Position numbers and translations under genes: made by a program
From: Alphaproteobacteria bacterium
GTDB lineage: Bacteria; Pseudomonadota; Alphaproteobacteria; CAAGCB01; CAG-977
Assembly (NCBI GenBank): GCA_900768875.1
Contig: CAAGEP010000003.1
Location: 474,433-538,432, forward strand
DNA: 64,000 bases
Direction of reading: 5' to 3'
Shown here: positions 9,570 through 18,732 of the stretch, piece by piece
Position numbering within the stretch: the stretch's first letter is position 1
Layout: each line of letters opens with the position of its first letter
The notes under the pieces: model-generated
Databases searched by the model: none
Told to the model about the DNA's origin: nothing
Seen by the model: only the letters and a program-made list of their open reading frames with translations

Positions 9570-10495
9570 TGGCTAAAAAAGTCGGTGTATTGATGGGCGG
9601 CATGTCGTCGGAACGCGAAGTTTCCCTCAACAGCGGCACCAATGTCGCGGATGCTTTGAAACAGGCGGGCTACGACGTCTTCACGATTGACGTGACGGCG
9701 GACATTCCCGCTTTCATCAAAACAATCGAACGCGAAAAACCCGATGTCCTGTTCAACGCTTTGCACGGCAAATACGGCGAAGACGGCTGTATCCAAGGAT
9801 TGCTGGATTTGATGAAAATCCCCTACACCCATTCGGGACGCTTGGCGTCGGCTTTGGCGATGAACAAAGACGCGGCGCGCAAAATCTATCAGCTGGCGGG
9901 AATCCCCGTCGCCAAAGGCCGCGTCGTCGGCAAAACCGACATTCTGGCGGGCGACGTTCTGCCCCGCCCGTACGTGCTTAAACCCATCAGCGACGGTTCG
10001 TCCGTCGGCGTGTTCATTTTCGACACGGATACGCCGCTTTTCACCGCCGAAACCTATCCCTACCCCGCCGACGCCCCCATTTTGGCGGAAGAATACATCC
10101 CCGGACGCGAAATGACCGTCGCCGTTCTGGACGGCAAGCCTTTGGGTGTTTTGGAAATCGTCCCGAACGAAGACTTTTACGACTATCACGCCAAATACAC
10201 AAACGGCGGAGCTTCGCATATCGTCCCCGCCCCCATGCCCGCCGCCGATTACGAAACGATGATGGCTCTGGCGGCAAAAGCGCACGACGCTTTGGGATGC
10301 CGCGGGGTGTCGCGATCGGATTTCCGCTATGACGACACGGACAAAACAAAGCCCGCAAGAATTGTCATTTTGGAAACGAACACTCAGCCGGGAATGACAA
10401 GCTTGTCGCTTGTCCCCGATATTGCGCGGTATGCGGGCTATACTTACCCCGAATTGGTTTCCTTGATGACGGAGAACGCCCGATGCGGGGATTGA
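9569..10495 (+). CDS. ddl: D-alanine--D-alanine ligase.
   Basis: The ATG at 9569 overlaps the murB stop (taATGg). The N-terminus reads MAKKVGVLMGGMSSEREVSLNSG, followed by an ATP-grasp fold. The ORF track's longer call from 9482 is an in-frame upstream extension. Confidence 0.85.
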   Translation: MAKKVGVLMGGMSSEREVSLNSGTNVADALKQAGYDVFTIDVTADIPAFIKTIEREKPDVLFNALHGKYGEDGCIQGLLDLMKIPYTHSGRLASALAMNKDAARKIYQLAGIPVAKGRVVGKTDILAGDVLPRPYVLKPISDGSSVGVFIFDTDTPLFTAETYPYPADAPILAEEYIPGREMTVAVLDGKPLGVLEIVPNEDFYDYHAKYTNGGASHIVPAPMPAADYETMMALAAKAHDALGCRGVSRSDFRYDDTDKTKPARIVILETNTQPGMTSLSLVPDIARYAGYTYPELVSLMTENARCGD

Positions 10496-11310
10496 ACTTC
10501 CGTTTACCCGCAAAAATCCGCCCGTTTGCGGCGGCTTTTGCCGTCTTGGTTCTGGCAAGCGGCATTGTCGCGTTCACATATTCGGCGTATTATGCGGAAA
10601 AAAAGGAAATGTTGTCCTATCTGGTACAGCAGGCGGCGATGACCGCGGACTTGCGTCTGAACGAAATTTTCGTGCGCGGGCGCGACCGTACACCGCAAAA
10701 AGCGTTGACGGAAATCTTGAAAGCCGAACGCGGCATGCCGCTGACCGCCGTCAACATTGTCAAAGCGCGCGAGGAAATGCAGCGCCTGCCGTGGGTAAAA
10801 ACGGTCGAAATCGAACGCCGTCTGCCGCATTTTTTGCTGATTAACCTGACCGAACGCACGCCGATTGCGGTCTGGCAAAACCAAGGCATTTACAAACCGA
10901 TTGATTCGGACGGGCAAATCATTGAAACCACCGTCAGAAAGCTGAACGGTCTGCCTTTGATTTTGGGAACGGAAGCCCCCGAAAAAACGCCGGAACTGCT
11001 GAGCTTTCTGGCTCAAGAACCCGAATTGATGCGCCGCGTCAAGGCGGGCATCCGAATCGGCAAACGCCGTTGGAACGTCATTTTGGACGATTTGGATGAC
11101 GGCATCACCGTCCGCCTGCCCGAAAGCGACCCCGCGTCAGAATGGGGACGATTGGCGCGGCTGAATAAAACGCAGGGATTGTTGGACAGGGAAATTTCCA
11201 TGATTGACTTGCGTCAGCCGGACAAGCTGATTGTCCATTTGAAAGAATACAAAAAAAGCAAAAAGAAAACCGTTCCGAAACCTGATTTGGCTTTGGAGGA
11301 ATCGCTTTAA
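10483..11310 (+). CDS. ftsQ: Cell division protein FtsQ.
   Basis: 275 aa with a single N-terminal TM helix and a POTRA-like region. dcw position between ddl and ftsA. Confidence 0.75.
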   Translation: MRGLNFRLPAKIRPFAAAFAVLVLASGIVAFTYSAYYAEKKEMLSYLVQQAAMTADLRLNEIFVRGRDRTPQKALTEILKAERGMPLTAVNIVKAREEMQRLPWVKTVEIERRLPHFLLINLTERTPIAVWQNQGIYKPIDSDGQIIETTVRKLNGLPLILGTEAPEKTPELLSFLAQEPELMRRVKAGIRIGKRRWNVILDDLDDGITVRLPESDPASEWGRLARLNKTQGLLDREISMIDLRQPDKLIVHLKEYKKSKKKTVPKPDLALEESL

Positions 11311-11321
11311 AGGATGATTTT

Positions 11322-12575
11322 ATGCCCCGCGTTTTGAACAAAAACGGATTGATGGCCGTATTGGATGTCGGTACGTCCAAAACGTGCTGTATTCTGGCTC
11401 GTCCGCTGGAAGACGAAAAAGTCGATCTTGTCAGCATCGGTTTTCATCAAAGCCGCGGCATTGACAAAGCGGGCATTGCCGATTTGCCCGCTGCGGTTTC
11501 GTCCGTCATGCACGCGGTGGCCGCTGCGGAAAAAGAAACGGGCGAACGCATTGAAACGGTTGTCGCAACGGCATGCGCGAAACAGTTTTCATCGTTTCTT
11601 GTCAACGAATCGGTTGATTTGGACGGCAAAGAAGCGACACAAGCCGACGTAAACCGCTTGATAGCCAAAGCTCAAAACAAAATTCCCGAAAAAAACGATG
11701 AAATTCTGCATTGTATTCCGATTGATTACGGCGTTGACGATCGGCACGGCCTGTCCAATCCGATAGGACTTACAGGGGACAAGCTGTCGTTGATTCTGCA
11801 TACGGTCATGACGCCGCTGTATCCGATGCGCGATATGGACTCCATGCTGGAACAAAGTCATTTGAATTGCGCCAAAAAAGTCGCGTCGCCGTATGCGGCA
11901 GGATTGGCTTGCCTGACGCGGGAAGAAGCGGAACAAGGCTCCGTCGTTATCGATTTGGGGGCGGGATCGACAGGCATCGGTTATTTTTACGGAAAACAAT
12001 TCACTTTTTGCGACAGAATTCCGCTGGGTGCGAATGTCATCTCCAAAAATCTGGCTCAATCGTTCAAAATGGCGTGGGACGATGCGGAACGCATTAAAAC
12101 GCTGAACGGTTCAACCATACCGTCGTCTTCTTATGACCAAGAGGAAATCGAAATTCCCCTTATCGGTGAAAAAGAGCGCACAAATCTGGTTCGCGTTTCA
12201 AAATCGGCCGTCACCGCCGTTATCGAACCCGTCGTTGACGATATATTTCACGCTGTCCGATCAAAACTGGAAGAACAGGGCTTTTACGATTACTGTCTGA
12301 ATGCCGTTTTGGTCGGCGGCGGCGCGCAAATGCACGGAATATGCGAAAAAGCGCGTGCCGTTTTGGGATTAAACGCGCGATTGGGGAAACCTTTGCACAT
12401 TCCCCTGCGGCAAAACGTTGTTCCCGAACATATGTTTCCCATGGCAATGGGGTGTTTCGGACTGTTGCGCTATACATCGCGGTATTTGCTGAACTCGTCG
12501 TTTGCAAAAGACGACATCGGCAAGCCGAAAAATAAATTCGTGCGCTTTTTTCACTGGTTTTTAGATAATTGTTAA
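11322..12575 (+). CDS. ftsA: Cell division protein FtsA.
   Basis: 417 aa with an actin-like ATPase fold (VLDVGTSKT...). Lies between ftsQ and ftsZ. Confidence 0.85.
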   Translation: MPRVLNKNGLMAVLDVGTSKTCCILARPLEDEKVDLVSIGFHQSRGIDKAGIADLPAAVSSVMHAVAAAEKETGERIETVVATACAKQFSSFLVNESVDLDGKEATQADVNRLIAKAQNKIPEKNDEILHCIPIDYGVDDRHGLSNPIGLTGDKLSLILHTVMTPLYPMRDMDSMLEQSHLNCAKKVASPYAAGLACLTREEAEQGSVVIDLGAGSTGIGYFYGKQFTFCDRIPLGANVISKNLAQSFKMAWDDAERIKTLNGSTIPSSSYDQEEIEIPLIGEKERTNLVRVSKSAVTAVIEPVVDDIFHAVRSKLEEQGFYDYCLNAVLVGGGAQMHGICEKARAVLGLNARLGKPLHIPLRQNVVPEHMFPMAMGCFGLLRYTSRYLLNSSFAKDDIGKPKNKFVRFFHWFLDNC

Positions 12576-12675
12576 AGACTTTTCGGATACAATCAGTCCA
12601 GTATTATATCGATACAGCCCTTAAAAGCGCAGAAATCCGCCGATTCGGGGTTGCTTTATTTAAACGGAGAAGTCC

Positions 12676-14277
12676 ATGAGCTTAGACATCAGCGTCCCTG
12701 AACAACAGCCCGTCGTTCTTTTAACCCCGAAAATCACCGTCATCGGCGTCGGCGGAGCGGGCGGAAACGCGATTAACAACATGATCCAGTCCAATTTGGA
12801 AGGTGTCGACTTTGTTGTCGCAAATACGGACGCGCAAGCGCTGAAGGCTTCGCTGGCCGAAACAAAAATCCAGCTGGGCATCCAAACCACCAAAGGACAA
12901 GGCGCGGGCGCGCGTCCCGAAGTCGGCAAAGAATCCGCTGAAGAAGCGGCTTCGGAAATCTCCGGTGTTTTGGACGGCGCAAACATGGTCTTTATTACCG
13001 CCGGCATGGGCGGCGGCACGGGAACGGGCGCGGCTCCCGTCATTGCGAAAATGGCGCGCGAACGCGATATTCTGACCGTCGGCGTCGTCACCAAGCCGTT
13101 TACGTTTGAAGGCCGTCACCGTATGGCGATTGCCGAACGCGGCATTGAAGAAATGGCGCAATACGTCGATACTTTGATTGTCATCCCGAACCAGAATCTG
13201 TTTTTGGTCGCCGATGAAAAAATGACGTTCGCCGAAGCGTTCAAGCGTGCCGACCAAGTCTTGCAGGGCGGCGTCCGCAGCATCACCGATCTGATTATCA
13301 CGCCGGGGATTATCAATCTGGATTTTTCGGACGTGCGCACGGTCATGGCGGAAATGGGACGCGCCATGATGGGCATGGGCACGGCTTCGGGCGAAGGCCG
13401 CGCTTTGGCGGCGGCGGAAGAAGCCATATCCAACCCGCTGTTGGACGACGCATCGATGACCGGAGCGAAAGGCATTTTGATTAACATTGCAGGCGGCAAC
13501 GATTTGACGCTGTACGAAGTTGACGAAGCCGCCAACCGCATCCGCCGTGAAGTCGATCCCGAAGCCAACATCATCTTCGGCGCATCGTACGACGAAACGC
13601 TGGAAGGTTCGATTCGCGTGTCCGTCGTCGCAACGGGCATCACCCGTTCGCAGGAATCAGGCAATCCGTTCCAAAACAATTCCGCCCTGTTCGGGGCGGC
13701 GGCCTCGAAACCCGCCGCAACGCCGGCATTTACGGCTCCGACGTTTACAAAACCTGAACCCGTTGTGCAGCCTCAGCCGCACATTGAACATGCGGAAGCC
13801 CCCGAACCCGAAGCGGAACAAGAGGATATTTCAACCCTTGAAGACGAAATTCCCGCTTTGCCGGCTCAGCATGCCGCCTCGCCGTCCGCGTTGAAAGAAG
13901 CGCCGTCCTTCGTTCCCAAATCGAGCAATTCCGTTTTTCCCGCCATGCCGTCGCCGAACGAGCTGTTCGGCATTTCGGGCGAACAGCGGCATGCGCCGGC
14001 TTTTGAACCGTTGACGGCAAAACCCGCACCGCAGAATCGTTTTCCGTCATTTATGGGCGAACCGCAACAGGCTCCCCGTCCGCAGGAAGACCTGTTTGCG
14101 TCTCCCGCGCCTCAGCCCGTACCGCCCGTCGTTCCCGCCCCCGTCAAACCGGTGGAAAAGGAAAAGTCCCGCCCCTCTTTGTTTCAGTTTGTTACGCGCC
14201 GCAATCAACCCGCAGCCGATTCCGTTGACAAACCGGCCGAAGAGGAAAACGACCTGCCCGCCTTTTTAAGACATTGA
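12676..14277 (+). CDS. ftsZ: Cell division GTPase FtsZ with a long Pro/Gln/Ala-rich C-terminal linker. 533 aa.
   Basis: Tubulin signature GGGTGTG and a conserved C-terminal peptide (DLPAFLRH). The ~150-aa disordered linker is typical of alphaproteobacteria. Confidence 0.9.
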   Translation: MSLDISVPEQQPVVLLTPKITVIGVGGAGGNAINNMIQSNLEGVDFVVANTDAQALKASLAETKIQLGIQTTKGQGAGARPEVGKESAEEAASEISGVLDGANMVFITAGMGGGTGTGAAPVIAKMARERDILTVGVVTKPFTFEGRHRMAIAERGIEEMAQYVDTLIVIPNQNLFLVADEKMTFAEAFKRADQVLQGGVRSITDLIITPGIINLDFSDVRTVMAEMGRAMMGMGTASGEGRALAAAEEAISNPLLDDASMTGAKGILINIAGGNDLTLYEVDEAANRIRREVDPEANIIFGASYDETLEGSIRVSVVATGITRSQESGNPFQNNSALFGAAASKPAATPAFTAPTFTKPEPVVQPQPHIEHAEAPEPEAEQEDISTLEDEIPALPAQHAASPSALKEAPSFVPKSSNSVFPAMPSPNELFGISGEQRHAPAFEPLTAKPAPQNRFPSFMGEPQQAPRPQEDLFASPAPQPVPPVVPAPVKPVEKEKSRPSLFQFVTRRNQPAADSVDKPAEEENDLPAFLRH

Positions 14278-14293
14278 CCTTGACTTTTGTCGT

Positions 14294-14328
14294 CAGCCGC
14301 AAGCTTTAAAGCCTGTGGCTGTTTTTTT
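14294..14328 (+). terminator. Putative rho-independent terminator after ftsZ.
   Basis: Imperfect hairpin (agccgca...tgtggct, with one G-U pair) followed by a T7 run. Confidence 0.4.
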
Positions 14329-14458
14329 GCCGTTATCTCTTTGAAAACTTAATGAAAAGTAAATGTAACAAACTGTAACAAAGCTTGATTTGAAATCCGT
14401 CCCGTTCATTGCTAAACCTTAAGATAGAAGTTTAACCCGTACAAAGGGGGACAGGATA

Positions 14459-15409
14459 ATGAACATGGAAAAATATCAACAAAAAACAATCAAGCACGAA
14501 ATTTCTTGCGTCGGTGTCGGTTTGCACACGGGCAATAAAATTTCAATGGTCTTGAAACCTGCCGACATCAATACGGGCATCGTTTTCCACCGCACGGACG
14601 TCGCCGGTCAAAACGCCTATATTCCCGCGCGTCACGAAAACGTCGTCGACACCAGAATGTGTACCTGCATCGGCAACAAAGACGGCGTCAGAATCGCAAC
14701 AATCGAACATTTGATGGCCGCCATTCACGCCTTGGGCATCACCAATATGGAAATCGACATCAATGGCCCCGAAACCCCTGTCATGGACGGCAGCGCGGCT
14801 CCGTTCGTCTTTTTGTTGGAATGTGCCGGAATCAAAGTGCAGAAAGCCTCTTTGAAAGCCGTCAAAGTCCTGAAGCCCGTTTCGTACAAGGACGGTGACA
14901 AGGAAGTCACCCTTTCCCCCGCAGACGAAGGACTGACCATGCACTTTGCCATCGATTTCCCCGCCGCGATTATCGGGCATCAGGAAACGGATTTGAACTT
15001 GACCGCCGCGAACTTTAAAAATATGTTCTGCCGCGCCCGCACGTTCGGCTTTTTGAAAGACATCGAAATGTTGCGCTCCATCGGTTTGGCGCGCGGCGGT
15101 TCGCTGGACAACGCCATTCTGGTCAACGACAACACGATTATGAACAAAGAAGGGTTGCGGTACAAAGACGAATTCGTCCGCCATAAAATGTTGGATGCCG
15201 TCGGTGATTTGTATATGACGGGCATGCCGCTGATTGCAAGCTTTACGGGGTGTCGTTCGGGACACACGGACACGAACGCTTTACTGACCGCTTTGTTGGC
15301 AGACGAAAGCAACTATGAAATCGTCGACTTGCCGTCCTATATGGCGGAATTAGAGGAAAAACAAGCCGCCGTTCAATCCGACGAAGATGCCGCTTTTATG
15401 TGCGCTTGA
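14459..15409 (+). CDS. lpxC: UDP-3-O-acyl-N-acetylglucosamine deacetylase LpxC.
   Basis: 316 aa with an LpxC-like N-terminus (IKHEISCVGVGLHTGNKISMVLKPA). The GGAC motif is preceded by GGGG. Position after ftsZ. Confidence 0.85.
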   Translation: MNMEKYQQKTIKHEISCVGVGLHTGNKISMVLKPADINTGIVFHRTDVAGQNAYIPARHENVVDTRMCTCIGNKDGVRIATIEHLMAAIHALGITNMEIDINGPETPVMDGSAAPFVFLLECAGIKVQKASLKAVKVLKPVSYKDGDKEVTLSPADEGLTMHFAIDFPAAIIGHQETDLNLTAANFKNMFCRARTFGFLKDIEMLRSIGLARGGSLDNAILVNDNTIMNKEGLRYKDEFVRHKMLDAVGDLYMTGMPLIASFTGCRSGHTDTNALLTALLADESNYEIVDLPSYMAELEEKQAAVQSDEDAAFMCA

Positions 15410-15426
15410 CATTTTGATTTGCCCGA

Positions 15427-15462
15427 AAAAAAAACACCTCTGGTTTAAGAGGTGTTTTTTTT
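15427..15462. terminator. Rho-independent terminator (bidirectional) between the convergent lpxC and recA.
   Basis: An A9 run, then hairpin cacctct-ggtttaa-gaggtg, then a T8 run. Confidence 0.75.
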
Positions 15463-15712
15463 AACGGTATCACCGTCAAAGCCGAAGACCGCTTCATCCG
15501 GAATCGCAAGAAGTATTTAACCGGAATACAGGGAAAATTATAATACCGCGCTGATAACCGGTACTAAAACCGGTCTGAAAAAATAGAAAGCGACTCGATT
15601 TCGGACTGCGACAGCGATAAAAAATGCGGCAGCTAAAAATGCCAATCCGTTTGCGCCGGCAACTCCGATTCAAGCACGCAAATCATCATATCGACTGTTC
15701 AATACGGACGCG

Positions 15713-15740
15713 CGGCGGGCAAAACATTCTGCCCGCCGCT
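15713..15740 (-). terminator. GC-rich palindrome immediately downstream of the recA stop. It may act as a terminator or RNA-stability hairpin.
   Basis: gcggcgggca-aaacattc-tgcccgccgc, a perfect 10-bp stem. There is no clear U-tract on the minus strand. Confidence 0.35.
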
Positions 15741-15748
15741 TAATCTTG

Positions 15749-16822
15749 TTATTCTTCCGTTTCTTCGGCCTGTTCTTCGCCCGTAATCATTTTCTGCGAC
15801 AACAACCCCGCGCTGGAACGGATTTGCTGTTCGATTTCGTCGGCGATTTTCGGGTTTTCTTTCAAGAAAGTGCGCGTATTTTCACGCCCTTGCCCCAAAC
15901 GCTGACCTTTGTACGAAAACCACGCGCCCGATTTTTCAATCAGGTTCGCTTTGACGCCCAAATCAATCAGTTCGCCCGTTTTGGAAATGCCTTCACCGTA
16001 AATGATGTCGAATTCGACCGTGCGGAACGGAGGAGCGACTTTGTTTTTCACGATTTTAACCGTCGTGTTGTTGCCGATGGTTTGATCCTTGTCCTTAATT
16101 TGCGCGCCGCGGCGGATTTCGATACGCACCGACGCATAGAATTTCAGTGCGTTGCCGCCCGTCGTCGTTTCGGGGTTGCCGAACATCACGCCGATTTTCA
16201 TACGCAACTGGTTGATAAAGATGACCAGCGTGTTCGACCGTGCGACGGATGCCGTCAGTTTACGCAAAGCCTGCGACATCAATCGCGCCTGCAAACCGAC
16301 ATGGGAATCGCCCATTTCACCTTCCAATTCCGCCTTGGGGACCAGCGCCGCGACCGAATCGACGACCAGCACGTCAATCGCGCCCGAACGCACCAGCGTA
16401 TCGGCGATTTCCAACGCCTGTTCGCCCGTATCGGGCTGAGAAATCCACAAATTGTCCAAATCGACGCCCAGCTTTGCGGCATATCCGGGATCAAGCGCGT
16501 GTTCCGCGTCGATATAAGCGCATTGTCCGCCCATTTTTTGCGCCTGTGCGACGACATGCTGAGCCAGCGTCGTTTTACCCGAACTTTCGGGACCGTACAC
16601 TTCGATAATGCGCCCGCGGGGCAATCCGCCGATTCCCAGCGCGATGTCCAATCCCAAAGACCCTGTCGAAATCGCGGGGATTTCAACGGCGTTTTCGCGC
16701 TGACCCAAGCGCATGATGGAACCCTTGCCGAACGCGCGTTCGATTTGGCTCAGGGCGGCGGTCAAAGCTTTTTCTTTATCCATAGTATCCTTATCCACTA
16801 AATGTAAGACGGTTTGATCCAT
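15749..16822 (-). CDS. recA: Recombinase RecA.
   Basis: 357 aa. The N-terminal extension ([33 protein letters not shown]) resembles rhizobial RecA. Walker A is GPESSGKTT. An AGAGG Shine-Dalgarno sits before the ATG at 16822. Confidence 0.9.
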   Translation of the reverse strand: MDQTVLHLVDKDTMDKEKALTAALSQIERAFGKGSIMRLGQRENAVEIPAISTGSLGLDIALGIGGLPRGRIIEVYGPESSGKTTLAQHVVAQAQKMGGQCAYIDAEHALDPGYAAKLGVDLDNLWISQPDTGEQALEIADTLVRSGAIDVLVVDSVAALVPKAELEGEMGDSHVGLQARLMSQALRKLTASVARSNTLVIFINQLRMKIGVMFGNPETTTGGNALKFYASVRIEIRRGAQIKDKDQTIGNNTTVKIVKNKVAPPFRTVEFDIIYGEGISKTGELIDLGVKANLIEKSGAWFSYKGQRLGQGRENTRTFLKENPKIADEIEQQIRSSAGLLSQKMITGEEQAEETEE

Positions 16823-16939
16823 AATCAGCCTCTTTTATCCCACAAAAGCTTGTCGAGAGCAACAAACTTAATGTACCACTTTTGTTCCTATTTTCAAGAC
16901 AAAAAGAACAAAAGCAAAACATTTTTTTCGGATAAAAGA

Positions 16940-17890
16940 TTATCGGGACAGTTTTTTACGGGCGACCGCCGCCTGCAAAGCCGCGCTGTTTGCCGATTTT
17001 TCGGCTGTTTTCGGCGCCGTTCCGTACACATACAAATCGTTGTACGACGTGTCGACTTTCAGCTTCTTGTCCGCGCGGAATTCGTTGACGCTTTTGGCGA
17101 AATCCATCGTGTTTTGATTGATTTGCAAACGCGCGGGTTCGTTCAGCACATCGGGCTTGTCCGCCCAATAGCATTTTCCCGCCGTGTCTTTGCAGAACAT
17201 ATTGACCATTTCCGCCGACGACATTTCACGTTTGAAAAAATCGGCGGGCTTGGCTTCGCGATGCTCTTGCAACGAATTGCTCAAAGCGTCGTTAAAAACA
17301 ACATTTTTTTCGTAAATATCCATCATCGGCTTGTTTTGATACCAGCCGTCAAACGCGCCGCGCATCATTGCGGGCGTGGCGATTCTTTCGTCACCTTTCG
17401 CGGCGGATTCCATGCCTTTGGTGATTTTGGGGCATTTTTCTTCCAATGCTTTCCACGGACCGTCGTTGCCGCTGTTTTTGCGGATTTCCCAAGCCGTCGC
17501 CGCACCGACGGCTTCCGCGTCGGCTTCAATCGCGCGGTTCATTTTCAACGTGTCGCGAATGACCAGTTCGCGGTGGTTGTCGGGAACACCGCGCATGACT
17601 TGCTGAACATGGCGACATTCGTGCGCCAATGTTTCCATCAGCACGTTGTCGTCGTAGCAAGTGCTTAAAAAAATCGTTTTCATTTCTTCGCAAATAAAGC
17701 CCTGCGTTCCCGACATCGCTTGCATCCTCAGCTGATAGCCCGCTTTGGCGGCGTCTTCCAACACGGCGCGCCCCGTGGGAGAATTGTCGGCAATCGTGTT
17801 AATCAAGTGTGCAAAACGATTTTTGCCGTTTTCGGTATACGCCTGAAAAGGCAAATCGATTTTCGGTTCTTGCGCGATATAGTCGGTCAT
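16940..17890 (-). CDS. HExxH-motif (putative gluzincin-type metallopeptidase) family protein, paralog 1. Function unknown.
   Basis: 316 aa. The motif LAHECRHVQQ is followed ~27 aa later by NRAIEADAE. There is no signal peptide. The C-terminal tail is basic and ends ...ARKKLSR. It is a paralog of the three genes at 28.0-32.3 kb. Confidence 0.6.
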   Translation of the reverse strand: MTDYIAQEPKIDLPFQAYTENGKNRFAHLINTIADNSPTGRAVLEDAAKAGYQLRMQAMSGTQGFICEEMKTIFLSTCYDDNVLMETLAHECRHVQQVMRGVPDNHRELVIRDTLKMNRAIEADAEAVGAATAWEIRKNSGNDGPWKALEEKCPKITKGMESAAKGDERIATPAMMRGAFDGWYQNKPMMDIYEKNVVFNDALSNSLQEHREAKPADFFKREMSSAEMVNMFCKDTAGKCYWADKPDVLNEPARLQINQNTMDFAKSVNEFRADKKLKVDTSYNDLYVYGTAPKTAEKSANSAALQAAVARKKLSR

Positions 17891-17943
17891 GACAGCTCCT
17901 TGGTGCTTAATTTATCCAAGTATGCCACGCCGCGCCGCATCCG

Positions 17944-18732
17944 TCAAGCGGATTTTGTCCACCCCTTTTGTCCAAAAGAAATGATTGTCGGATTTTTCAA
18001 TCCTTCTTTGCGATACGTCAAAACCCGCCCTGTTTCGGCGTCGAACACTTCGCCGCCCGACGCGCGCAAAACAGCGTGCGCCGCCGCCGTGTCCCATTCT
18101 TTTGTTTTGTGGGAACAAGGATAGACATCGGCTTTTCCTTCGGCAATCAAGCAGAATTTCAGCGAACTGCCGCACGGTTTTTTGTCCGCGATTTTCAGCC
18201 CCGCCAGCATTTTTTCGACAACGGCTTCGTCGCAATGCGTGCGGCTGTTCAAAACCGCGTAACCGCTTTCGGGGACGGCGCGGGTTTTCAAAACCGTTGT
18301 TTGTCCGTTTTGTTCCTTGACCGCTTCATTCGGCGAAAGCGTGTAATACAAAGCCCGCAGCACGGGCGCGTACACCGCCCCGAACACGGGCGCATCGTCC
18401 TTGATTAAAGCGATGTTGACGGTGAATTCACCGTTCTTTTTCACAAAATCCGCCGTGCCGTCAATCGGATCGACCAGCCAGAACAGGCTTTGCGACAAAT
18501 CGGGCAAGCCGCCCGCGGCAAGGTGTTCCTCGCCAATCAAAGGGATGTCGGGGGTCAAAGCGCGCAATCCTTCAAAAATTATGCCTTCGGCTTTCAAGTC
18601 GGCGTCGGTCACGGGTGATTTGTCTGCTTTTTCGTACACGGCAAAATCGCTGCCGTAAATTTCCATAACGGCGTCGCCCGCCTTGACCGCCAGCGCGGCG
18701 ATTTGTTTCACGTCAAAAGGATACGCGTTCAT
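17944..18732 (-). CDS. cysQ: 3'(2'),5'-bisphosphate nucleotidase CysQ / inositol monophosphatase family.
   Basis: The ATG at 18732 is preceded by a GGAGGG Shine-Dalgarno. The N-terminus reads MNAYPFDVKQIAALAVKAGDAVMEIY. IMPase motifs are present (WLVDPIDGT, LIGEE). The longer ORF-track call is an upstream extension. Confidence 0.7.
   Translation of the reverse strand: MNAYPFDVKQIAALAVKAGDAVMEIYGSDFAVYEKADKSPVTDADLKAEGIIFEGLRALTPDIPLIGEEHLAAGGLPDLSQSLFWLVDPIDGTADFVKKNGEFTVNIALIKDDAPVFGAVYAPVLRALYYTLSPNEAVKEQNGQTTVLKTRAVPESGYAVLNSRTHCDEAVVEKMLAGLKIADKKPCGSSLKFCLIAEGKADVYPCSHKTKEWDTAAAHAVLRASGGEVFDAETGRVLTYRKEGLKNPTIISFGQKGWTKSA

Noticed and set aside
16823-16939. Looked for an alphaproteobacterial LexA/SOS box (GTTC-N7-GTTC) in the recA promoter.
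   Set aside because: Only imperfect candidates were found (for example GTTCctattttCAAG and GAACaaaagcaAAAC). None matches both half-sites, so no feature is reported. A position-weight-matrix scan would settle it.
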